Sequence record: DRR723986_21860
Direction: 5' to 3' (one strand)
Length of the DNA stretch: 47,140 nucleotides
Shown: positions 39,849 to 47,140 of the stretch, piece by piece
Numbering within the stretch: the first letter of the stretch is position 1
How the letters are laid out: the number at the start of each line of letters is the position of its first letter
The notes under the pieces: generated by a model
Database searches by the model: none
Told to the model about the DNA's origin: nothing
Seen by the model: the letters and a program-made list of their open reading frames with translations, nothing else
Position numbers and translations under genes: made by a program

Positions 39849-40916
39849 TCATGTCATATCGAATCCACTCAGGTATTTTTTAGATTGTTTGATTTGATCA
39901 ATTTCTGAACTTGAATAATCAATAAATTTTGCCACAATATTGATGCTGTTATTTTCTTTTGTTTTTTGGATGAACCCCCAATTGACAGAGATTTGCTCGA
40001 GCATATTATTGTGCTGATCGGTCCAAATTAATAATGAATGTTTACCACTTAGGTGAAGTACGGCCTCCAGTAATTCTTCAACGCGATTCTCATAACCAGG
40101 TTTCCAATACAATCCTTCCGTTGCCAAGAACTCGTGATGTTTAGGATTGATTAATTTTCTGAGCCTTGGAATTCGGTGCGCATATTTTACTAAGAATTTT
40201 CCTTTTGCACCGGGTAAACTTTTTATTTTCCATGCAACTGGGTTGGCTTGGATTCCGGCCACTATTTCATCTCCATCTTTTAAAATGTAGAAGTTGTTGT
40301 CTTCAAACAAGTGGCAATCAGAGAAAAAATGAAAATCCTTATAAAAGTCGCTAAGATCTGATAGAACCTTGTCTTCATCAGAAGAGCCAAGTGCGGTTAC
40401 ATTGGGGCTTGATTTGGGGTTTACTCTTGAAAAAGCAGTGGTGGTAAAGCTTCCTATGTCTTGGAATCCGAAGCGTTCATTCATATTGAAAGACCGGAGG
40501 TTTTGTGGGTCAATAAATGCCCAATAAATACAACGATTCTTTTCTGGTTTAACAGGATTTAAATTACTGGTTTCAAAAAGTGCTTTGAAATATTGGTGAA
40601 ACTGTGAAGTTGCGTTACCTTTTTGCTGTCCACCTTGAAAAACTTGATCAAAGGCAAAATACCTGATGTATAATCCTTCTTCGTTTTTGCCGTTTAAGGT
40701 AATTGATCGATTACAAATTGTAATGTTGCCAATTGCCTTATTATTCCGTTCTAAATAAATGAAGTTAGGATGGTTTAGGGCATGAATTTTACGCTCGGTA
40801 TCTAACAATTGGTAGAGCGAACCATTAGTTCCAATGGTGGTTTGTTTCAGTAATTCAAGAACAGAGTTTGGAGCGGAGTTTGAGCGTTGAACCAAATTAT
40901 GGATTCTCTCAAACAT
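39849..40916 (-). CDS. Hypothetical protein, possible GNAT-like fold
   Basis: 355-aa ORF; YIRYFAF...GG and AFIDPQNLRSFNMNERFGF resemble GNAT motifs A and B. Confidence 0.6.
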   Translation of the reverse strand: MFERIHNLVQRSNSAPNSVLELLKQTTIGTNGSLYQLLDTERKIHALNHPNFIYLERNNKAIGNITICNRSITLNGKNEEGLYIRYFAFDQVFQGGQQKGNATSQFHQYFKALFETSNLNPVKPEKNRCIYWAFIDPQNLRSFNMNERFGFQDIGSFTTTAFSRVNPKSSPNVTALGSSDEDKVLSDLSDFYKDFHFFSDCHLFEDNNFYILKDGDEIVAGIQANPVAWKIKSLPGAKGKFLVKYAHRIPRLRKLINPKHHEFLATEGLYWKPGYENRVEELLEAVLHLSGKHSLLIWTDQHNNMLEQISVNWGFIQKTKENNSINIVAKFIDYSSSEIDQIKQSKKYLSGFDMT

Positions 40917-40925
40917 GCTACAAAT

Positions 40926-41903
40926 CTATTTATACATCACAGATTTAACTGCAGCAATAACTCTTGCTGGGTTAGGAAGTGCTTCAGCCATTAAAGATGG
41001 GCTAAAAGGGAAAGGTGTATCTGATTGCATCACTCTTTTTACTGGTGCGTCTAAGTAATCAAACGCATAGTTTTGCAGGTGATAAGCAATTTCAGAAGCG
41101 ATCGAAGCCAATGGCCAAGATTCTTCAACAACTACACAACGATTTGTTTTCTTAACTGATTCAACCACTGCTGGATAATCAATCGGTCTGATTGTTCTCA
41201 AATCAATGATTTCACAAGAAATACCATCCTTCGCTAATTCTTCAGCAGCTGCATGACATTCTTTGATGATTTTTCCAAATGAAACTAAAGTAACATCAGT
41301 TCCGGCTCTTTTTACATCAGCAACACCAATAGGAATAATGTATTCACCTTCAGGAATTTCACCTTTGTCTCCATACATTTTTTCAGATTCTAAGAAAACC
41401 ACTGGATCGTTATCACGAATTGCCGCTTTTAATAATCCTTTTGCATCATAAGGAGTTGAAGGAGTGATTACTTTCAGTCCTGGAACGTGTGCATAAAAGG
41501 CTTCAAAACTTTGTGAGTGAGTTGCTCCTAACTGCCCCGCAGTACCATTTCCACCTCTAAATACTATCGGGCAACCAATTTGACCACCTGACATTTGTAA
41601 AATCTTAGCGGCTTCATTAATAATTTGGTCAGCAGCTAAAATCGCAAAATTCCAAGTCATGAATTCAACAATTGGACGCAATCCGTTCATTGCTGCGCCT
41701 ACAGCAATACCTGTGAAACCAAGCTCAGCAATAGGGGTGTCAATTACTCGTTTTTCTCCAAATTCGTCAAGCATCCCTTGAGATACTTTATAAGCTCCAT
41801 TATACTCAGCAACTTCTTCTCCTAAAAGAAAAACGCTGTTATCGGTTCTCATTTCTTCTGACATTGCCTCTCTTAAGGCTTCTCTGAATTGTACGGTTTT
41901 CAT
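40926..41903 (-). CDS. pdhB: Pyruvate dehydrogenase E1 beta subunit
   Basis: GEEVAEYNGAYKV, DTPIAE.GF, EFMTWNF, ATHSQ, DLRTIRP, YLDAPV. Confidence 0.95.
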   Translation of the reverse strand: MKTVQFREALREAMSEEMRTDNSVFLLGEEVAEYNGAYKVSQGMLDEFGEKRVIDTPIAELGFTGIAVGAAMNGLRPIVEFMTWNFAILAADQIINEAAKILQMSGGQIGCPIVFRGGNGTAGQLGATHSQSFEAFYAHVPGLKVITPSTPYDAKGLLKAAIRDNDPVVFLESEKMYGDKGEIPEGEYIIPIGVADVKRAGTDVTLVSFGKIIKECHAAAEELAKDGISCEIIDLRTIRPIDYPAVVESVKKTNRCVVVEESWPLASIASEIAYHLQNYAFDYLDAPVKRVMQSDTPFPFSPSLMAEALPNPARVIAAVKSVMYK

Positions 41904-42126
41904 CTCACAAAAAATTTGCGCCAGCTTCTGCGCTAAAGCAAAATGCTAGACATTCGCGGCGGCGCAAAGCTACAAATTATTGCATTTATTGTTGAAATTA
42001 ATAGCGACTTTTTATTGCCGCTTTTTTTTTAATGAAAATTTAGCCTTTAGAGGCTTTTATTTTTCGGTGATTAGGGTTATATTCGCAGCCCGTAAATTAT
42101 ATGCGGAATATTAAATAGAAAAAGAA

Positions 42127-44337
42127 ATGGCATTAATTGGACAAATACAGAAAAACTCAGTGCTTTTGCTAATCGTTATTGGTGGAGCAATGCTAGCTTT
42201 TATCTTCACAGATTTTATGAAAGGTGGAGGCAGTGATGTAGAGTTTTTACCAACAGCTACCGTATACGGTGAGGAAATTGATGAAGAAGAATATTCTGAA
42301 TTGAGAGATGTTTATGTAAACAGAGAAGAAAACAATGCGTTACAGCAAGGAACTGAGTTTACTGACCAGGCTGCTCAACAAGCAGAAGACCAAGCTTTCA
42401 ACGAAGCGATCAGAAGAAATCTAATGAATCGTGAATTTGAGAAAGTTGGTTTGACTTGTACAAAAGATGAATTGAATGACATGATTCACGGAAATCATAT
42501 CCATCCGTGGGTAGAGACAATTCCAATTTTTATTGGAGCTGATGGTCAATTCTCAAGAGATTCAGTTAGAACCTTCATCAACAACTTAGAGGTTGAGCCA
42601 GAAACAGATGAAGCTCGAGTTCAATGGTTAGAAGCACGTTCTCAGTGGAAAGCTTTTGAAGAAGAGTTAAAAGACACAAGAAAAGCGGATAAATACGTTG
42701 CATTGATTAAAAAAGGATTGTTCGTGAATTCTTTAGAGGCTAAGCATCAGTATTATGCAAGTAACGAAATTAGATCGGTAAGATTTGTGATTCAACGATA
42801 CAATGAAATTCCTGAAGATGAGGTGTCAGTTACTGATGAAGAAATCAAAGCTTATTATGAAGAGCACAAGTCTGAGAAGATGTATGAGATGGAAGAGGCT
42901 AGAGATATTGATTATATCTTGATTCCAATTAAACCTACAAAAGCTGATTTAGAAGAATTACAAACTTCTATGGAAGGTTTAAAAACTAAGTTTGAAAAAA
43001 CAGAGGATAATTTAGCTTTTATTACGTCTAATTCTGATTTGGTGGCTTCAACCGATACAGTTGAGTTCAGCATGGGAACTGCAGGAATTTCTTTACCTGA
43101 AAACCAGTTCTTCCCAACAGGGCAATACCCTGAATCAATTGATGAGGCTGTTCAAAATTCTAAAGTTGGTGATGTAATTGGACCTTTTGCTTCAACAACA
43201 GGACAAAATGAAACACCAGTTTCATTTATTGCTAAAATCACTGGACAAAGAGTTGAAAATCAAGCTTGGGTAAGACATATCTTAATTAAAGTAGATGCAA
43301 CTAGAGATGAGCAAACTGCAAAAGCAATGTCTGATTCTATCATTGACGTGATTAAAGCTAACGATAACTTCGTTGAAATGGTAAATGCTGTAACAGAAGA
43401 TCCTGGATCTATAGCTACTAATGGTGAATATAAATGGTTCCCAGAAGGGAGAATGGTGACAGAGTTTAATGATGCTTCTTTTAACGGAGCAATCGGACAA
43501 TTGCAGTTGGTAAAAACTACCTACGGTTACCACATTGTTGAGGTGTTAGGAAGAGCAGAAAGAGTTGTTCCTAAAATGGCTGTAGTTGCCAAAAATGTGA
43601 AACCAACAGATAACACATTGAAATTTACAGAAGAGTCTGTTTATGATTTTATCTACAATGTAAATGAATCAGAAGATGATTCTGCATTCTGGAATATTTC
43701 TGCTGATAGTAATTATGCAGTTTATAATTCAAGAATTTTTATCAATCAAGGATACATTAATGGAGTAACTAAACCAAAGAAAGTAATGAAATTTGCTTTT
43801 GGTAAAAACGCTTTAGAAGGTGACATCTCCGATCCAATTTTAGATGGAGATAGCTATATTGTTGCTTTCTTATCTAACATTATTGAAGAAGGAGAGCCTA
43901 AATTTGAGGATGTAAAAGAGCAAATGAGATTCCCTGCATTGAAAGATAAACAAGCGCAAGTTTACATTGAGAAAATGTCAAACAAATCGTCTTTAGAAGA
44001 AGTAGCAAGTACTATTACAAACGGAACGGTATTGAACGCACAAATAACTTTTGGTGCTAATGCAATTTCTGGTGGTGGTGGAAATGAGCCGGAAGTGATC
44101 GGAAAATTATTTACTAAAATTCCTGAAGGGGCTATGACTAAGCCTATTCAAGGAAGATCGGGTGTTTATGTTTGTATTGTAGATAATATTACAGAAGCTC
44201 CTGAAACAACAGATTACACACAAGAAAGAGATTATTTAAGAACAGCACGTCAAGGCTCATCTGATAACTTGGTGATAAGAGCGCTAAGAGAAAAAGCAGA
44301 CGTTGTTGATAATAGAAGAAAACGAGAATATCAATAG
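42127..44337 (+). CDS. PpiD-like periplasmic chaperone / parvulin peptidyl-prolyl isomerase
   Basis: N-terminal TM anchor, SurA-like N domain, rotamase motif VRHILI...EDPGS...MVTEFND...TTYGYHIVEV. Confidence 0.88.
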   Translation: MALIGQIQKNSVLLLIVIGGAMLAFIFTDFMKGGGSDVEFLPTATVYGEEIDEEEYSELRDVYVNREENNALQQGTEFTDQAAQQAEDQAFNEAIRRNLMNREFEKVGLTCTKDELNDMIHGNHIHPWVETIPIFIGADGQFSRDSVRTFINNLEVEPETDEARVQWLEARSQWKAFEEELKDTRKADKYVALIKKGLFVNSLEAKHQYYASNEIRSVRFVIQRYNEIPEDEVSVTDEEIKAYYEEHKSEKMYEMEEARDIDYILIPIKPTKADLEELQTSMEGLKTKFEKTEDNLAFITSNSDLVASTDTVEFSMGTAGISLPENQFFPTGQYPESIDEAVQNSKVGDVIGPFASTTGQNETPVSFIAKITGQRVENQAWVRHILIKVDATRDEQTAKAMSDSIIDVIKANDNFVEMVNAVTEDPGSIATNGEYKWFPEGRMVTEFNDASFNGAIGQLQLVKTTYGYHIVEVLGRAERVVPKMAVVAKNVKPTDNTLKFTEESVYDFIYNVNESEDDSAFWNISADSNYAVYNSRIFINQGYINGVTKPKKVMKFAFGKNALEGDISDPILDGDSYIVAFLSNIIEEGEPKFEDVKEQMRFPALKDKQAQVYIEKMSNKSSLEEVASTITNGTVLNAQITFGANAISGGGGNEPEVIGKLFTKIPEGAMTKPIQGRSGVYVCIVDNITEAPETTDYTQERDYLRTARQGSSDNLVIRALREKADVVDNRRKREYQ

Positions 44338-44354
44338 TCTAATTCGATATTTTG

Positions 44355-44393
44355 AAATCCTCTCCTGGTTCTGCCTCGAGAGGATTTTTTTTT
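44355..44393 (+). terminator. Intrinsic terminator
   Basis: aaatcctctc...gagaggattt followed by a long T tract. Confidence 0.8.
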
Positions 44394-44427
44394 CTCCTAA
44401 GTTTTTTAAATTAGATAACTTTGAAGT

Positions 44428-44937
44428 ATGAAAAGTAAAACTGCAAAAGAAACATTAGCGATTACAACCAAAGTTGTATTGCCACATGAGACAAATTCTT
44501 TAGGGAAATTATTCGGTGGGGCTTTGTTGGCTTGGATGGATGAAATTGCCGCAGTTTCTGCGCACCGCCACTCAAAAAGAGTTGTAGTCACGGCATCAAT
44601 AAATAACGTGTCATTTGGACAGCCCATTGATTTGGGTGCTATAGTTACCTTAGAAGCTAAAGTGTCAAGAGCCTATACATCATCAATGGAAGTAATGATT
44701 GACGTTTTTGTAGAAGATCGTTTAACAGCTGAAAAGAAAAAGTCAAATGAAGCTATTTATACCTTTGTGGCGGTTGATCAAAACGGAGGGGCAATTACAG
44801 TTCCTGAACTGATTCCTGAAACTGACGAAGAAAAAGAACGCTATGAAGCAGCGTTAAGACGAAGACAATTGAGCTTGGTGTTGGCAGGAAAAATGAAACC
44901 AAGTGAAGCAACAGAATTAAAATCAATATTTAGTTAA
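44428..44937 (+). CDS. Acyl-CoA thioesterase (hotdog fold, YciA-like)
   Basis: TN..G.LFGG.LLAWMDE, VVTAS, SSMEV, YTFVAVD. Confidence 0.92.
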   Translation: MKSKTAKETLAITTKVVLPHETNSLGKLFGGALLAWMDEIAAVSAHRHSKRVVVTASINNVSFGQPIDLGAIVTLEAKVSRAYTSSMEVMIDVFVEDRLTAEKKKSNEAIYTFVAVDQNGGAITVPELIPETDEEKERYEAALRRRQLSLVLAGKMKPSEATELKSIFS

Positions 44938-44938
44938 G

Positions 44939-45646
44939 ATGAAAAAGTACAGTGCAATATTATTAAGTTTAATTTTAGTGGCCTGCGGAGGTGCTAACGA
45001 ACAAAACGAAACTGAAGAAACAGTTGAAGAAAATTTAGTTGATACCGTTCAAGTTGATACGTTAGTTGAAGTTGTTGAAGAAGAAATGGCCTATAATTAT
45101 TTTGAAGACTATGCCCAATTCGAGACAAAAGAAGAGATTTATGAGGCTTTTGGAGAAGAGAACCTAAAGGATGCAACAGAGTGGTATGCAGAAGGGACAG
45201 TGCAGCTTGAATGTACAACATTGAAAAATCCAGATAACGGCCATGAGATCAAGTTTGTTTTTGATGAAGAGAATCCAAAAAAACTAAGTTCAATTGAGGC
45301 AAGATACTATACTTCTGCCGGAGACAGCGAAAATCCCGTAACTCAAAAAATTGAAACGAAATGTGGTACTTATACAGGAATGACGTTTAATGAACTCAGA
45401 GATTGGAATGAGGAAGAGTTTGAATTCAGTGGATTTGGATGGGACTTTGGTGGAGGAATCATGCCTTCAACAGGTTCAAAAATTGAACAATGTAAAGTAA
45501 TGATGATGCTGGACTACGATTACAATGATTCGGATCAGGAACTGTTCACATCCTTATTAGGAGACCAAATTTTTAAATCTGATAATGAAAATGCGGTTAA
45601 GGCACCAATTTTCATTGGGTTCTTAACTTATTACTTAGCTCAGTAA
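44939..45646 (+). CDS. Hypothetical acidic lipoprotein
   Basis: Lipobox LVAC; FSGFGWDFGG motif. Confidence 0.7.
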   Translation: MKKYSAILLSLILVACGGANEQNETEETVEENLVDTVQVDTLVEVVEEEMAYNYFEDYAQFETKEEIYEAFGEENLKDATEWYAEGTVQLECTTLKNPDNGHEIKFVFDEENPKKLSSIEARYYTSAGDSENPVTQKIETKCGTYTGMTFNELRDWNEEEFEFSGFGWDFGGGIMPSTGSKIEQCKVMMMLDYDYNDSDQELFTSLLGDQIFKSDNENAVKAPIFIGFLTYYLAQ

Positions 45647-45648
45647 AT

Positions 45649-46614
45649 TTAGCTGTTTACCGCCCTTAGAATTTCTTGGATATCTTGATTTTCCATGCAC
45701 TTAAAATGCTTTTTGGGGCATTTTTGATAGCCGATTTTTGAGCATGGACGGCAGTTGATATCAACTTCATGTATGGAGTAGTTATCTTCGTTTTGAGGCT
45801 GATAAGGATACATGCCGAGTAAAGGTGTTGTATTGCCCCAAACAGATACGATTGATTTATTAAATGCGCTGGCAATATGCATTAATCCCGTGTCATGGGT
45901 GATGACTTTCACAGCTTGTCGAACTACTGAAGCAGATTGATTGAGATTAATTTTACCCACCATATTAATAACTTGTGGGCAGCGCTCTAAAATTTGTGCT
46001 GAGGCCTCAATGTCATCAGGTCCTCCAAGGATAACAACTGGCAGCTCACATCCTTGAATGATTTCAATTATTTTATTGGCTGGTAAGCGTTTTGTAGCGA
46101 ATTGGGCACCAATAGAAAAGGCAATAAATTTGGCTGGAATTTCAAATTGCGTTAATTCAATTTCATCTTTCTTAGGGATAAAATAGTCCAGTCCCTTTCG
46201 GTCGTTTTTAACTCCAATAGGTTTTACCGATTCAAAATATCGATCAACAATGTGGATATCTGGCATTACATCCCATTTGAATGTCGTTAACAAGAATTTT
46301 TGCCTATTCAATTTTGGAAAAGCGGCCGACTTCACTTTTAATGCCCTTTTTAAGCGGGTAGATCTTAAATTGTGATGTAAGTCTACGACAAAATCATACT
46401 GCTCATTTTTCAATTCAGTTATGGTTTCGGTAAATTCATGTTCAAAGAAAAATACCTTATCTACATTGGGATTTGTTGAAACGATTCCCGAATAGGCCTT
46501 TTTAGTAATAAAATGGACTTCTGCTTTCAATTGTTCCTTAATACATCTAACAACGGGAGATGTAAGAACGATATCCCCAATTGAACTAAAGCGTATGACT
46601 AGGATTTTTTGCAT
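45649..46614 (-). CDS. Glycosyltransferase family 9 (heptosyltransferase-like)
   Basis: IRFSSIGDIVL, DLH, THDTGLMHIA, WGNT, CRPCS...C....FKCM. Confidence 0.92.
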   Translation of the reverse strand: MQKILVIRFSSIGDIVLTSPVVRCIKEQLKAEVHFITKKAYSGIVSTNPNVDKVFFFEHEFTETITELKNEQYDFVVDLHHNLRSTRLKRALKVKSAAFPKLNRQKFLLTTFKWDVMPDIHIVDRYFESVKPIGVKNDRKGLDYFIPKKDEIELTQFEIPAKFIAFSIGAQFATKRLPANKIIEIIQGCELPVVILGGPDDIEASAQILERCPQVINMVGKINLNQSASVVRQAVKVITHDTGLMHIASAFNKSIVSVWGNTTPLLGMYPYQPQNEDNYSIHEVDINCRPCSKIGYQKCPKKHFKCMENQDIQEILRAVNS

Positions 46615-46643
46615 TCAATCAAATGTACTGATTATAGCTTGAC

Positions 46644-47096
46644 TTATTTTTTGTCTTTGGTGTCAATTATTATTGTAACGGGTCCGTCATTAACGAGAGA
46701 TACTTGCATATTCGCGCCAAATTCACCCGTTTCAACTTTTTTCCCTAATAAGGAAGTGAGTTGCTGCTCGAACTTCTCATATAAAGGAATGGCCACCTCA
46801 GGTTTCGCTGCGTGAATATAAGAAGGCCTGTTCCCTTTTTTAGTTTTGGCGTGCAAAGTAAACTGTGAGATCAACAAAATATTACCTTGAACATCTGCTA
46901 AATTCAGATTCATAAGGCCTTGATCATCTGAAAAAATTCGGAGATTAATTATTTTATTTGCCAACCATTCTATGTCCGTTTCATCATCCTCATGACCAAT
47001 GCCCAACAGAATTAAATAGCCTTTGTTAATTGCAGCTTTTTCTTTACCCTCAATGGATACAGACGCAGCACTAACTCTTTGTATTACGGCTTTCAT
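46644..47096 (-). CDS. dtd: D-aminoacyl-tRNA deacylase
   Basis: MKAVIQRV, SQFTL, KGNRPS, FGANMQVSLVNDGPVT. Confidence 0.97.
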   Translation of the reverse strand: MKAVIQRVSAASVSIEGKEKAAINKGYLILLGIGHEDDETDIEWLANKIINLRIFSDDQGLMNLNLADVQGNILLISQFTLHAKTKKGNRPSYIHAAKPEVAIPLYEKFEQQLTSLLGKKVETGEFGANMQVSLVNDGPVTIIIDTKDKK

Positions 47097-47111
47097 TATC
47101 GTCCCTTGTTA

Positions 47112-47140
47112 TTCGATTTTCGATTTTCGATTTTCGATTT
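47112..47140. repeat. Heptanucleotide tandem repeat (TTCGATT) x4+, running off the window end
   Basis: Four perfect copies at 47112-47139 plus one further base. Confidence 0.9.

Overview
A gene-dense, AT-rich chromosomal segment from a Bacteroidota bacterium, most likely Flavobacteriales. This is supported by T9SS cargo proteins, a PorP/SprF gene, TAnnTTTG promoters and no obvious Shine-Dalgarno motifs. It carries housekeeping genes (ftsX-DUF3098-uppP-truB-polyprenyl synthase, cysS, dusB, pdhB, a PpiD-like chaperone, dtd, a GT9 glycosyltransferase, a membrane pyrophosphatase) and amino-acid catabolic genes (nbaC, hmgA-hppD, L-threonine dehydrogenase). It also has many secreted proteins: an ASPIC/FG-GAP lipoprotein, three tandem paralogous MAM/FN3 T9SS proteins, two type-B CTD proteins (one paired with PorP/SprF) and a small type-A CTD protein. 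I saw no rRNA, tRNA, CRISPR array, transposase or integrase. The most promising unannotated element is a 21-codon upstream ORF (MSMTFDYLLILLKFLIKRNPE*, 26314-26379, minus strand). It lies between a consensus promoter and hmgA-hppD and is followed by a hairpin with an alternative pairing partner. It is a candidate leader or arrest peptide controlling Tyr/Phe catabolism, but this is an inference that needs conservation analysis and experiments. Other leads are ECF-type promoter motifs upstream of T9SS cargo genes, apparently leaderless transcripts, an atypical pyrophosphatase gate, a shortened CysRS loop, REP-like repeats and a terminal 7-bp tandem repeat.
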